Positions 28,809 to 39,168 of a stretch of 64,000 bases of DNA are shown here, piece by piece; position 1 is the stretch's first letter; every line of letters begins with the position of its first letter. Source of the DNA: a virus. A program made the position numbers and the translations under genes. The stretch lies in IMG/VR virus record IMGVR_UViG_3300020404_000006. One strand, written 5' to 3'. The notes beneath the pieces were generated by a model. The model made no database searches. It worked only from the letters and a program-made list of their open reading frames with translations, and had not been told where the DNA came from.

Positions 28809-29230
28809 AATCCATTCGTAAATCGCTGCCACTCAATGGCATTTTTAATCTGATACGTTCGATTCTGTATAACCTTGAGAATACTATCCAAATAATCTAA
28901 CATGATCTGATAGTATTCTATCTTTGCAGTACACCTGATAAGGTCTTGATCTGCATCAAAGTATTTGTCTAGGTCTGCTTTTAGAACTTTATAGTCAAAA
29001 GGTTTTTCTACATATACTTCTGGTGATGCCTTACCTGTGTAGTATTGCCACTTCTCCTTCTTTAAAATTTTGTACTGAGTTTCCTGAGCTTTCTGTAAGG
29101 TCAGGATGTTGGTGTAAATTTTGTAGTATTTTGCGTGTAAAGCGGGTATTTTTGTTGACTCATTGTGTAGTAATTCATTATCAATTATGGAATCTTTATC
29201 CCACAAGTCTTGTATAAATTCAAGATTCAT
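28805..29230 (-). CDS. uvsY: Recombination mediator UvsY
   Basis: IPALHAKYY, YYTGKA, NRTYQIKNAIEW; precedes uvsW. Confidence 0.9.
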   Translation of the reverse strand: MNLEFIQDLWDKDSIIDNELLHNESTKIPALHAKYYKIYTNILTLQKAQETQYKILKKEKWQYYTGKASPEVYVEKPFDYKVLKADLDKYFDADQDLIRCTAKIEYYQIMLDYLDSILKVIQNRTYQIKNAIEWQRFTNGL

Positions 29231-29786
29231 CTCCTATTAGACTCTCCACATTAAAAATAGTATATTTAAAAGTAGCAGTCGCTACAATATAATTTATATC
29301 AGTTACATCAGCGCTAAATGGAACTGGTGTCAATGAAGTTGGGAACATATCCTTGAAATCAACCTTAGCGATTGTATTGAAACTACTGTTGTAAACTAGT
29401 ATTGTTCCATCAGATCTGGCAGCGTTTAACAGATCTGTTTGTTGAGGATCCAGACTGACTCCTTCTCTAAGAGACTCAGGAAATCCAAGTGCTCTCATCC
29501 ACCTCTCAATCTGTAGGTAGTTCTCTAAGTTTTCATCTATAAAGAATTCTACATCCAGATCACCATATTGCAACTTATCGCCAGGAACAGGAATGTCTCT
29601 GAGATATGTGCTTTGGATTGCAGCACCTAAAGTTATGTTAGGTAAAGATACTGACTTGGAAAAGAAATCCACCTTGGGTGCTTTCTGCAAGGTGAATTTG
29701 AATCCAGCTGGAGACAGAAAATTCCTATTTTTAATTTGTCTATCAAAGAGATTAGGTCCTTTGATATCAGTGTATTCTCTGCTCAT
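29220..29786 (-). CDS. 3: Tail completion / tube terminator gp3
   Basis: NRNFLSPAGFKF, PGDKLQYGDL.V.FFIDENLENY, FPTSL; canonical position. Confidence 0.88.
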   Translation of the reverse strand: MSREYTDIKGPNLFDRQIKNRNFLSPAGFKFTLQKAPKVDFFSKSVSLPNITLGAAIQSTYLRDIPVPGDKLQYGDLDVEFFIDENLENYLQIERWMRALGFPESLREGVSLDPQQTDLLNAARSDGTILVYNSSFNTIAKVDFKDMFPTSLTPVPFSADVTDINYIVATATFKYTIFNVESLIGDES

Positions 29787-29801
29787 GAGTTTTATCTTTA
29801 T

Positions 29802-30428
29802 TTATTCAGCGAAGTCGGGGTCTTCACAGACATCTGCAAGTTCAGAAGCCATTTGACCACCTATTTCCGATCCTTGGTTCCCCCCAAACATTGCGACCCA
29901 ACCAGCAGCAAGCCACCCAACAAAGGGAATATTGACAAAGGCAGGAGCAACAGCAGTCCCCACGCTAGTCCCAACAAGTCGCCCTGTCTGCTTTCCACCA
30001 CCGACCGCCTCGATACACTCGACCTGTTGGGCAGTGAGCTTTCCCGACTGACTTCCTCCGTTAGTATTGTCTTGCCAGGATCTTGGGTTGGATACTGCTC
30101 CTCCTTGATGGTGAGCTCCGTCCATAGTGTACTCCTCAGTGACTCGGATTTTGTTGTTAGCCAATCCCAGAAAGCCACCTTTTATATTCTTATCCCTTTC
30201 CACACGCATCACTGTAGGGTCATTACCCTTATAGTCAATGCGATATCCGTCTTCCCCTACTTCTGCTCTATAAGAGGTATAGTCACCCACAGGCAAGTTT
30301 ATGTTTGGTAATTTCGATCCTCTTTGACTCAACATACCTATCATACCGATATGTGATACGGCAAGGAGACTACCCACAGTGCCTATAGCGATCCACTTCC
30401 ACTTACTTCCGTTTGGTTGTGTCATCAT
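29802..30428 (-). CDS. Membrane-anchored protein with glycine-zipper C-terminus
   Basis: N-terminal TM (WIAIGTVGSLLAVSHIGMIG) and GxxxG-rich GRLVGTSVG...GWLAAGWVAMFGG; probable start 30428. Confidence 0.7.
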   Translation of the reverse strand: MMTQPNGSKWKWIAIGTVGSLLAVSHIGMIGMLSQRGSKLPNINLPVGDYTSYRAEVGEDGYRIDYKGNDPTVMRVERDKNIKGGFLGLANNKIRVTEEYTMDGAHHQGGAVSNPRSWQDNTNGGSQSGKLTAQQVECIEAVGGGKQTGRLVGTSVGTAVAPAFVNIPFVGWLAAGWVAMFGGNQGSEIGGQMASELADVCEDPDFAE

Positions 30429-30460
30429 CTCACACAATATAGTGCTTACTATATAGGCAT

Positions 30461-30487
30461 AAAAAAAGAGACCCATTTGGGTCTCTT
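30461..30487 (-). terminator. Rho-independent terminator after gp23
   Basis: AAGAGACCC-AAAT-GGGTCTCTT followed by a T run. Confidence 0.85.
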
Positions 30488-30509
30488 AGTAAGATATGTA
30501 ATATCCGAA

Positions 30510-31916
30510 TTACATAAGGTTTGCAACCTTAACTCTTCTGTAGTAGCGGTTAGCGTTGGAAAGAAGTCTTCCAAGTCCTTGGTTAGATACGTTACCTTCG
30601 GCAAATGGGTTTGCAACGATTCCGTAACGAGTCTTGAAGCCAATTTTTGGTTGGAAGGTGTCCTGACCCACTGCACGAACCATCTGTAGAGGAACGTAAG
30701 GGCAGTAGAACAATCCAGCGTCATAAGGGTTAGTACCCTTGTAACCAACAACGTAGTACTGATTAGCGTCATTGTTTGCAGCGAAAGGATCGATGTAAAC
30801 TTTGTACTTACCAGCAAGAGTACCAGCAAATGTATTACCAGTATCGTCAACGTTTAAGTTAGCGTTAAGTGCAGGGGTGTAATCAAGGATTCCAGCCATT
30901 GTAAGAGCTGAAGCAACGTCGGCAGAGCAGAGAACCACGTTGCCCTTTCCGCGACGAGTTCTTTGTGCGATTTGGTTCGCATCTCTTTCGATCTGGAATA
31001 GAAGTCCTTTGAACTTCTCAACTGACCAACGACCGTTTGAGTCGGTGTCTAAGTCGAACGTTCCAGCGGTTGCAGTGTTGATTGTTGCACCTTGTTCTGC
31101 GACCTTGTAGATAGTACGGATAACTTCGCGGTTGATCTCAGCAAGAATCTCAGTTGAGAGAATGTTTGCGAGTTCAGACTCAGCGTTTAATCCGTGAATT
31201 GCTTTAAGGTCTTGAGCCAATTCTAAACTGTACTCAGCTTTGAGTGCTCTGGACTTCGCAGTCACAGTAACTTTCTCGATGCTGAATGCCATTTCTTGGA
31301 AAGCGTTAGCAGCAGCGTCTCCTAATGCCTCAGACTCACCAGTAACCATACCTTGACCAACAGAGTAGTCAGTAGTAGTTGCGGAACCAACAGGGTTAAG
31401 AACGCCTGGGTTAGTGCCGTTAGGTGAAGATGTAGTACCAAAACCAGCGGCAACGTCTGTCATGCCACCTGTAAGGTTCTGAGAGGAGTTCTGTCCAGAG
31501 AATGAAGTATCTGGTTCATCGAAGAGAGCCTCAGTTCCACTCTGATTAGTGAATCTGGATCTCATTGCGAAGATAAGTCCTGTAGGACCAGACATTGGTT
31601 GAACACCAGCAAGGTCATATGCGACCAAGTTAGGCATTGCACGTCTGATAAGACTAATCAACACAGGGTCGAAACCAGCAACAGGGCCGCCTGCGGCAGA
31701 TGAACCACTAAATCCACCAGTTCCAGCGGAGTTAGTAGGAGATGCCTCAGTCAATGACTGGAAAGCATTCTCTTCTCTGAGCATTTGCTCTTGGTTTTCG
31801 AGAAGAACCGCAGTAACGTTTCTTCTATGTGCGTCTTTAATTGGATCTGACCCTTCGTGATCTAGAAGGGGAGCCCACTTTTCAGTGAGTTGTTGATAGT
31901 TGATGTTTTGTTGCAT
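30510..31916 (-). CDS. 23: Major capsid protein gp23
   Basis: LLENQE, FDPVLISLIRRAMPNL, VTAKSRALKAEYSLELAQDLKAIHG, FYCPYVPL. Confidence 0.98.
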   Translation of the reverse strand: MQQNINYQQLTEKWAPLLDHEGSDPIKDAHRRNVTAVLLENQEQMLREENAFQSLTEASPTNSAGTGGFSGSSAAGGPVAGFDPVLISLIRRAMPNLVAYDLAGVQPMSGPTGLIFAMRSRFTNQSGTEALFDEPDTSFSGQNSSQNLTGGMTDVAAGFGTTSSPNGTNPGVLNPVGSATTTDYSVGQGMVTGESEALGDAAANAFQEMAFSIEKVTVTAKSRALKAEYSLELAQDLKAIHGLNAESELANILSTEILAEINREVIRTIYKVAEQGATINTATAGTFDLDTDSNGRWSVEKFKGLLFQIERDANQIAQRTRRGKGNVVLCSADVASALTMAGILDYTPALNANLNVDDTGNTFAGTLAGKYKVYIDPFAANNDANQYYVVGYKGTNPYDAGLFYCPYVPLQMVRAVGQDTFQPKIGFKTRYGIVANPFAEGNVSNQGLGRLLSNANRYYRRVKVANLM

Positions 31917-31956
31917 CGGTCTATAAGAGTTGTTTAGTTAAAAATTAATCCAGTTC

Positions 31957-33039
31957 CTATTTCATACGTCCAAGTGCTTCAAGATATGCAGCCATAGTGC
32001 CAGTTGCTGGCTCTACATGTTCTGCTTCTTCCTTAAGTTCTTGAGGAGCGGACGCTGTGGATGTTGTTTTCTTCTGTCCGAAATAAGATTCTTTCAGAGT
32101 TTCAATTTTTCCACGATAGGATTCTTCACTTTCAAACTCAACACTTTCTGCAAGAGTTTGTAGTTTCTCTTTCTGAGATACTGCAAGTCCTTCTGCAACG
32201 TTGTTGAAGACAGTCTGAGCAGTTGACTCACCAAGTTTTTGGTTAAGTGCAACGTTTCTTTCTATCTGCTCATTGAGCTTGGTCTCCATTTCATCAAGTT
32301 TGTCCACCATGTTTTCTAGGACATCATATTTATCTTCAGGTAAGGTTACATAATGTTCTTCAAAAAGCTTTTTCATGCCTTCCATGAAGGATTCAGTCAT
32401 TTCGGATTTAATGCCTTTCTCGATAGCGATAGCATTTTCCTCCATCCATTCTTGGGCGACATATTCGAGGTATGCGTCTGTTCTCTCAGTGAGTTCGACT
32501 TTGATTTCCTCAACCTGTTCGTTGAGTGCTTTCTCATACTCTTCGTTTAACTGATTCTCGATATCTGTGATCTTAGCATTGATAGATGCCTCGAAAATCA
32601 CCTTTGCCTTTTCTTTGAATTCCTCAGAAAGGTCTTCTCCAGAAAGAAGTGCGTTGACATCTTCTTCGATGGCAGCGTTTAGATCAACTGCTTCAGTTTC
32701 AGTTGACTCTTCTTCAGCGACAACCTCTTGGGTTTCGTCGGCTTCCGCCTCTTCGGCGTACTTGGGTGCAGTAGGCATTGGATCAGCTTTACCAGCGTTT
32801 TTAGTGATTACGTCTTTAACTTGCTTAATAGTCGCGGTTGGCGTTTTAAGCATGTTGCTGTTGTCGTCAGGCTTTGAGTTCTCAGGCGTAGGACCACCAA
32901 GATCTTCAACGGAACCTTGACCATCAGGAACGTAATTGGGAGTAGAGGGCATTGGATCGCCTTTTGCTGCTCCACTATTTACAGCGGTATTAGATTGCTG
33001 TGTCTTTACATCCATTTCTTGTAAATCTCCACGGGACAT
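31957..33039 (-). CDS. 22: Prohead core scaffold gp22
   Basis: Acidic coiled coil, LSEEFKEKAKVIFEA, YLEYVAQEW; between gp21 and gp23. Confidence 0.92.
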   Translation of the reverse strand: MSRGDLQEMDVKTQQSNTAVNSGAAKGDPMPSTPNYVPDGQGSVEDLGGPTPENSKPDDNSNMLKTPTATIKQVKDVITKNAGKADPMPTAPKYAEEAEADETQEVVAEEESTETEAVDLNAAIEEDVNALLSGEDLSEEFKEKAKVIFEASINAKITDIENQLNEEYEKALNEQVEEIKVELTERTDAYLEYVAQEWMEENAIAIEKGIKSEMTESFMEGMKKLFEEHYVTLPEDKYDVLENMVDKLDEMETKLNEQIERNVALNQKLGESTAQTVFNNVAEGLAVSQKEKLQTLAESVEFESEESYRGKIETLKESYFGQKKTTSTASAPQELKEEAEHVEPATGTMAAYLEALGRMK

Positions 33040-33099
33040 TTTGAACTCTCCGTCGTAAAACGTGTTTAGATATCGTATAATCTATGTTTATTTATTAAA

Positions 33100-33834
33100 T
33101 CAAAGATTTGATAAGAAGTTTTGGAAGATTTCCAACTTCTTCTCGTCAAGTTGACCTTGATCTACTAATTTATTTATAGTTTTTTGGGTCTTCTCAATGA
33201 CTTCCTCCACTGCCTTTTCAGGCTCAGCAACTGCAATCGCAGGGTGAGTCATAGTTTTTTCTTCTACAACTGCAATCTGTGATTGTTTTGCCTTTAGGAT
33301 TCCTGCCTCCCAAACCCAATCAACTCCCTCCATGATACCATTCACAAATGCGTCTGGTGCTGAAGGATCTGCCACTATATCAGCAGCAGTGGCAAGCATG
33401 AAATCTTCACCGACAACTTTATAGCCTTCGCTAGTGTCTTTGAGACTTCCCATTCCTCTAGATGATACTCCAAGAGTAACGCCGTCATTCAATAATGACT
33501 GTGCGATTGTACCCATCGGTGTATTGAGGAGTTGTGCTTTACCTACAAAGTTTGTTCCTTCCCTATGAAGGTCTACAATCTTGTGGGATACTCTGTCTAA
33601 GTTTACAGTAGGACCTTCGGGGTGACCTAACTCACCAAGAGCACGACCTTTGCCAACAAACGCTTCATTATATCTGCCTACCTCTTTCTCAAGAGTTTCT
33701 ACAGGATAAAAACGTCCGTTTCTGTTCTTAAGGTTTCCTTGTAAAAAGATACCCTCAATGAACATATTCTTCTTACCGTCTTTTTCTTCGATAAGAACCT
33801 TAGCGGTTTCGATCTCTTCAGTGATGAGTTTCAT
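33100..33834 (-). CDS. 21: Prohead protease gp21
   Basis: NRNGRFYP, ALGELGHP, GVSSRGMGS, DIVADPSAPDAFV. Confidence 0.96.
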   Translation of the reverse strand: MKLITEEIETAKVLIEEKDGKKNMFIEGIFLQGNLKNRNGRFYPVETLEKEVGRYNEAFVGKGRALGELGHPEGPTVNLDRVSHKIVDLHREGTNFVGKAQLLNTPMGTIAQSLLNDGVTLGVSSRGMGSLKDTSEGYKVVGEDFMLATAADIVADPSAPDAFVNGIMEGVDWVWEAGILKAKQSQIAVVEEKTMTHPAIAVAEPEKAVEEVIEKTQKTINKLVDQGQLDEKKLEIFQNFLSNL

Positions 33835-33835
33835 G

Positions 33836-34138
33836 TTAAGCCTCAGGTTGTTCTTCTTCTACTGCATCATCAACTGGTTCTGCCTCTGCGACAGGTTCTT
33901 CAACTTCTGCTGTATCCTCAACAGAACTAGGTGTGCCAGGAGCTTCTTCCTCTTCTGGCTCTTCCTCATTGTTTAGATGAGGATTAGGTCCACCAAACAT
34001 GTCAGCAGTAACTGCTGGTTTCACTATATCAATGTTCTCTGCAGCCTTATTGTATAAGATATCTTTTATCTTATCATGAATATCGGTTGCTGAACCTTCT
34101 TCGCCTGCAGCGATCATATCAAGTAAATCATTATCCAT
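33836..34138 (-). CDS. Acidic prohead core protein (gp67/gp68-like position)
   Basis: Very acidic 100 aa between portal and protease. Confidence 0.65.
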   Translation of the reverse strand: MDNDLLDMIAAGEEGSATDIHDKIKDILYNKAAENIDIVKPAVTADMFGGPNPHLNNEEEPEEEEAPGTPSSVEDTAEVEEPVAEAEPVDDAVEEEQPEA

Positions 34139-34167
34139 AAGTTGTTAATATAGAATTAGACTAGTAT

Positions 34168-34175
34168 TATTTATA
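34168..34175 (-). promoter_or_regulatory. T4-type late promoter TATAAATA
   Basis: Exact consensus upstream of 33836-34138. Confidence 0.7.
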
Positions 34176-35871
34176 TTTCGCCGCCTTCGGGCATCTCTGG
34201 AGCTTCTGTGGCACTACCATCTATGCCAGGATCTTCTGGCATTTGACCCATATTTGGATCAGGATTCATAGCACCGCCAGGCATTTGTTCTGGATGAACT
34301 CCAAGTTGTAGTTGTTGTACTTCCATAGGATCTGCAAGTTTACCTGACTTGATTTCCTTCTCCATTTGCTTATCGATCTCGATGATCTCTTCATCCTTCT
34401 GCTTAAGAATATTTCTACGAACATAGTCCAGTGAGAAATATTTACCAACATAGGGATCAACAGCGGCGACAACACCGAGTCTTTCGTTGATTAGTTCAGT
34501 TTCTTTGAGTTCTGCAAAATGATTGTCATACACAAAGTCATACTGAATATGATCTCCGAGTGTATCCCAGTCTTCTGGGGTGACAATGTTTTTTAGAATC
34601 AACTGAGTCTTCAACATATCGTTGAATAGATGAGAAAATCTCTTTCTCATTCTGCCAACAAACTTTGTGAACTTGATCTCATCTCTTAAGATCTCAGATG
34701 ATCTACCAAGATTAAACCCTTCACCTGATCCAGCAATACGAGATTCTGGAACTCCAAGTGATCTGTATAGTTTCTTTTGGAAGTATTCTATATCAGACAA
34801 TTCACCTAGATTCTGTCCACCAGGCAATGTAGTGATTTCAGTTCCTCTTCCACCTTCACGTCTAGGAAGCCAGAAGTCTTCAAGCATACTCATATGCTTT
34901 CTGTCATCACGAATCTCACCTGTACTTGCATCATAAACAAGTTTGTTTCTATAACGGTTCATCACCTCTTTGAGGTATTGTTCCGCCTTCATCTTAGGTA
35001 AGTTACCTACATCAATATAGAAGATTCTTCTTTCTGGAGCACGACTCAACCTGTAGATGACAAGAGAGTCCTCAATCATTCTAAGTTGATTGAGTGCTTT
35101 GATTGACTTATGTAAGTAAGAAAGAATAGTTTGTTTGTTCCTGTCAACTAAACCTGAGTGACAGAATGTGATAGCATCAGGTGCAATCTTCACTGGTCTC
35201 TGTTTAGTAGAGAAAGGAGTTTGACCTATAGCACCCAAGGCATTTTTACCTTGAGTTTGACTAGGATCATACTGGTAATATTCTTCTATCTCTGGACTCT
35301 CTAGATCAGCAGGGTTCTGTCCGTTTACCTGTTTGATTGCTCCTCTGAGTGTAGGATCTGTCTTGAGTTTTCTTACTAACTTGATTTTAAGTGGGTCAAT
35401 ATATCTAACTTCCTTAAGTCCTTCTTCTGGTTTCTTGATATCAATTACCTTATGGTAATAGATTCTACCATCAATATACCAGTTCCTTAGAATTTCATGG
35501 CACTTCTTATCGAAGTCCATTACTTCTTTAATAGTTTTGAACTCTTCTCTAATGAGATCTTTAAGCTTCGCAGATGCTGGAAGATTCTCCAAATCGATTT
35601 CGACAGGAGAATCATTCTGATCTGAAACTATTGCTTCATTTATAATATCTTCAATGGCACTGTCCACTTCTGGATGAAGTGCCATTTCTCTATACCTTTT
35701 TATTAACTCGTACTCTGACTTAAATACACCGTCAATATCAACGTACTGCCCATAGAATCCGCTAGACACATAATAGTCTGACGAATCCTCGTTCGATTGG
35801 GGTACAGGAGAAACGACGTTCTTATTTTGTTCGTCGTCCTTCTGGATTTTAAATCCAAATAATTTAGCCAT
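34171..35871 (-). CDS. 20: Portal protein gp20
   Basis: YREMALHPEVDSAI, LNQLRMIEDSLVIYRLSRAPERRIFYIDVGN, EDFWLPRREGGRGTEI. Confidence 0.98.
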   Translation of the reverse strand: MAKLFGFKIQKDDEQNKNVVSPVPQSNEDSSDYYVSSGFYGQYVDIDGVFKSEYELIKRYREMALHPEVDSAIEDIINEAIVSDQNDSPVEIDLENLPASAKLKDLIREEFKTIKEVMDFDKKCHEILRNWYIDGRIYYHKVIDIKKPEEGLKEVRYIDPLKIKLVRKLKTDPTLRGAIKQVNGQNPADLESPEIEEYYQYDPSQTQGKNALGAIGQTPFSTKQRPVKIAPDAITFCHSGLVDRNKQTILSYLHKSIKALNQLRMIEDSLVIYRLSRAPERRIFYIDVGNLPKMKAEQYLKEVMNRYRNKLVYDASTGEIRDDRKHMSMLEDFWLPRREGGRGTEITTLPGGQNLGELSDIEYFQKKLYRSLGVPESRIAGSGEGFNLGRSSEILRDEIKFTKFVGRMRKRFSHLFNDMLKTQLILKNIVTPEDWDTLGDHIQYDFVYDNHFAELKETELINERLGVVAAVDPYVGKYFSLDYVRRNILKQKDEEIIEIDKQMEKEIKSGKLADPMEVQQLQLGVHPEQMPGGAMNPDPNMGQMPEDPGIDGSATEAPEMPEGGEI

Positions 35872-35896
35872 TAATCACTACTGGGCTGTTCCCAGT

Positions 35897-35904
35897 TATT
35901 TATA
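35897..35904 (-). promoter_or_regulatory. T4-type late promoter TATAAATA followed by CTGGG-AACAG-CCCAG leader hairpin
   Basis: Exact consensus about 25 nt upstream of gp20. Confidence 0.75.
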
Positions 35905-35919
35905 AGTCTTTCTTAAGGA

Positions 35920-36615
35920 CTATTCAGACTGACTGGATACTAAGTCGGAAAGACTGGAAGCACCACTACCTTCACTCTTGTTATCCTTAGTGCCGAAAAC
36001 GTTTTGTCCTTTACCATTGAATACATCCCACCACTGGACTTGTAGGTCCACTGTGAACTCTTCAATAGAATCTGTTTGATCGTATGAAAGTTCAATAGCA
36101 CTAATGTTAGTTGGGAATACTCCGTGGAACTTGTACTTTCTGAGAACTGGTAATGGAGCATCAGCAGGCTTAAGTTTGAAACCTTCTACCTCTTGAGCTC
36201 TACCTATTTGATTGACAAACATATCCTGTTGATACTCAGATGGTGTTACTTCACCAGTTGCGTTATCATGTTTGTTGATTGCGTTCATCCATCTCTCGAA
36301 AGCATCTCTGATTTTGAAATCAGTATCGTTGATGATTGTGATTGTCCAGACATCGAATGTTCTGTCTCCAGCAATCTTCAAATTTCTTCCTCTAAAAGGA
36401 ACGTCAATTACGTTGATGTTAGATGCAGGGAGGTTTGCAGCTTTTACTAGAAATTTAGCTAACTCTTTAGCACCGCCTGAACTATTCTCCCCAAGAGCGC
36501 CTGGGAAGTTAAGTTCAACCTCAAACAAATTGGGTCTAGCACCACCACCGACGAGCTTCGATTTAAAGTCGTCGAGGGTTCTAGTTTCTAGTTTAGGTGT
36601 ATTGGGATTTGCCAT
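35920..36615 (-). CDS. 19: Tail tube protein gp19
   Basis: GGARPNLFEV, VPFRGRNLKIAGDRTFDVWTITIIND, VFPTNISAIELS. Confidence 0.96.
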   Translation of the reverse strand: MANPNTPKLETRTLDDFKSKLVGGGARPNLFEVELNFPGALGENSSGGAKELAKFLVKAANLPASNINVIDVPFRGRNLKIAGDRTFDVWTITIINDTDFKIRDAFERWMNAINKHDNATGEVTPSEYQQDMFVNQIGRAQEVEGFKLKPADAPLPVLRKYKFHGVFPTNISAIELSYDQTDSIEEFTVDLQVQWWDVFNGKGQNVFGTKDNKSEGSGASSLSDLVSSQSE

Positions 36616-36639
36616 GATCTTTTGAGACCTCTTCTTGTG

Positions 36640-36646
36640 TATTTAG
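36640..36646 (-). promoter_or_regulatory. Late promoter variant CTAAATA
   Basis: Upstream of gp19; the same heptamer occurs upstream of gp18, gp15 and gp13. Confidence 0.65.
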
Positions 36647-36661
36647 TAAATGGTTAGTGAG

Positions 36662-39082
36662 TTAGGCGGAACCAACTACTTCATCGAAACTGATGCCAGT
36701 TCTAGTTGCAACAAAGGTTAGACCAATGAAGTTGATAGAACGTGCAGGCTTCACGAAGATGTCTGCCTTAAATGTATTCGAGTCGATAACATCGGGAGTG
36801 TTATTACTTTCGTCGCAAATTACAACGAAGTCAGTAATACCTCTCTTTGCCTTGACATCACGGAGATATGGTTCAACGATGTTCAAGAAGTTAGTTCTTG
36901 TTAGATCGTCATTGAACTCAAACAACTGTGATCTTGCAGCTCTTTCGATAACACCTTCGATTGTTAAGAACAAACGACGAACGTTGATTCTATCAAAAGC
37001 AGATGCTTCTTTCTGTGCAGTCTTGTCCCCGAACAGAACAATACCAGAGCCAGGAGAGAATACCACAGGGTTGATTCTCTTAGGATAAAGAGCGTCTCTT
37101 TGTGCTTGAGATGGGTTGTATGCAAGTTTAATTGCATTGTTGATAGTTCCTCTAGTTGCACCAGCGGGTGAGAACCAAGGGAATGAGTTGATGGAAGTTC
37201 TTGCCATCAATCCAGCAATGTCACCATTCAGAGGAATGTATCTGAATGTATTGTTGAATCTATCAAATGTATATTTGTAACCAGAGTCAAATACACCGTA
37301 AGATGTTGAAGTTAAACTATCGTAGAACTGTATGATGCTTGCAGTTTGGTTATCAGTGTCAGTTTTACCAACAACACCGTCTCTGTAAGGTGAGATACAT
37401 GCAACGCAATCTTTTCTAGTAGATGCGATAGATAACAATTTGTTTGCTTTAGCTTGTGCTTCGTAAATGGATACACCACTTGAAGGACCTTGAATGATGA
37501 AGTTAACTGAGTATTCAGCAGGGTTGTCAAGAACCTGATAAGAACTAACAACTTCACCTAATGTGCAAGCGAATCTTTCAAGTCCACCGTAATCCATTCC
37601 ATCTTTTAGGGAGAATGTATTAGGACCTGCACCGTTAAAGGTAATTCCTTGACTTGGTTGTCCCCAAACACCAGTTGAATCTACTGTGTATCCACCCAGT
37701 GATGTATGCTTCAGACCAAGACCTGGCTGAGCAACACCAGCAAAGATTTGATTGGAGAACTGTGCAATGTAATCTTTGTAGTAGATGTTTGTAGAAGGAG
37801 AAATCTGAGCATCAGTAGCCTTGGATAATCCAGTCCACTTCTCTACAATATTACCAGAAGTACCAGTTACTTTACCTGTGTCATCAACAACGACAACATG
37901 CACTTCGTCATTCTTAGAACTTCTTTCCTTAGCGTATTCAGAAGTTGAAGGTCTAGAAGCAATCTGACTCCAACGAATAGTTTGGTTTGTAAGTCCAAGA
38001 GTTTGTTGATTGTACCAGTCAACAACAGTGTTACCTTCTCTGAGGTAGATACCACTATCGATACCAGACATTACTTGGAATGATGTGTTAGCAAATGCAA
38101 CAGTTGCCGCAGTGTCCATGATGATAACTGGAAGACCACCAGTTGTTGCATAGGAAACAATAGTACCAGAGTAACTTCCGTTAAGAGATCTGATTGTGTC
38201 GCCAGGTGCAGTCTTAAGTGTGTTTAGATCTGATCCAAATGAAATCTCTGTAGAACCAACACCAACTGCAGCGTTGAACTGAGTTCTTTCGATTTGAACA
38301 GATTGTCCAGAACTATTAAAGATCTTTAATTTATTTGGATGGTTTACTTGGTAAGCTGCATTTTCAAATTGTGTATAGATTGACTGAGAATAACCTTGGA
38401 AAGCATTAATTTCAGATCCTTCCTCGTAATCTACGGCAGTCCAAGTATCTGTAGTAACGTTATGTTTGGAAACAACCTTAACATCAACGAAACCATTACC
38501 GATTCCAGTAAGGATACCCTTTAAGTAACCTGTTTGAACACCAACTGTTCCATCTGTGTTTGCAACTTGAGATGAGAACGCAGCGGTAATACCGAATCCA
38601 ACTGATAATCCTTCTGTACCGATTGCGACTCTTTGGTCAGCCTGTGCGTCAATAGTGCAGATCTTAAGATCGTTTGCCCAAGAGCCAGGTGATCTTGCAG
38701 CGTAGTGCCAAGTTGTAGGTGACGTATGATTGTTATAATAGTCTTCCTGTGAATTGACTTGTAAGTCGGTAACTGCAGCACCAACAGGCACGTTAGCGTT
38801 AGAAAGTTCTGTGTTGCTGCTTCTTAGTACTCTAAGAACTCCACCGTATGAAAGGTAGGAGGATGCAGTCATCCAGTACTCGTATTGTGCATCGGCAGTA
38901 TAGGGTTTACCAAACGTTGCAAGTAAGTCAGCTTCGGTCTCGATCAATACTGGTGTATTAACAGGTCCTTTTGCGAAAGGTCCCGCGATAGCACCTACCT
39001 GATCAGCAATGCCGTCAATTCTTCCTACGGTTAGGTCAACCTCTCTTACCTTAACGCCTGGAGATACTAGATTAAGCGCCAT
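36662..39082 (-). CDS. 18: Tail sheath protein gp18
   Basis: SPGVKVREVD, WFSPAGATRG, LFGDKT, FDRINVRRLF, PARSINFI. Confidence 0.97.
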   Translation of the reverse strand: MALNLVSPGVKVREVDLTVGRIDGIADQVGAIAGPFAKGPVNTPVLIETEADLLATFGKPYTADAQYEYWMTASSYLSYGGVLRVLRSSNTELSNANVPVGAAVTDLQVNSQEDYYNNHTSPTTWHYAARSPGSWANDLKICTIDAQADQRVAIGTEGLSVGFGITAAFSSQVANTDGTVGVQTGYLKGILTGIGNGFVDVKVVSKHNVTTDTWTAVDYEEGSEINAFQGYSQSIYTQFENAAYQVNHPNKLKIFNSSGQSVQIERTQFNAAVGVGSTEISFGSDLNTLKTAPGDTIRSLNGSYSGTIVSYATTGGLPVIIMDTAATVAFANTSFQVMSGIDSGIYLREGNTVVDWYNQQTLGLTNQTIRWSQIASRPSTSEYAKERSSKNDEVHVVVVDDTGKVTGTSGNIVEKWTGLSKATDAQISPSTNIYYKDYIAQFSNQIFAGVAQPGLGLKHTSLGGYTVDSTGVWGQPSQGITFNGAGPNTFSLKDGMDYGGLERFACTLGEVVSSYQVLDNPAEYSVNFIIQGPSSGVSIYEAQAKANKLLSIASTRKDCVACISPYRDGVVGKTDTDNQTASIIQFYDSLTSTSYGVFDSGYKYTFDRFNNTFRYIPLNGDIAGLMARTSINSFPWFSPAGATRGTINNAIKLAYNPSQAQRDALYPKRINPVVFSPGSGIVLFGDKTAQKEASAFDRINVRRLFLTIEGVIERAARSQLFEFNDDLTRTNFLNIVEPYLRDVKAKRGITDFVVICDESNNTPDVIDSNTFKADIFVKPARSINFIGLTFVATRTGISFDEVVGSA

Positions 39083-39121
39083 GTTCGTGTTCCTCTTGGA
39101 TCTCAGTTGTTTATCTGTTAT

Positions 39122-39128
39122 TATTTAG
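39122..39128 (-). promoter_or_regulatory. Late promoter variant CTAAATA
   Basis: Upstream of gp18. Confidence 0.65.
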
Positions 39129-39168
39129 AAAAATGACCTTTTCTGTGGGGAAATCGTACATGAACCCT

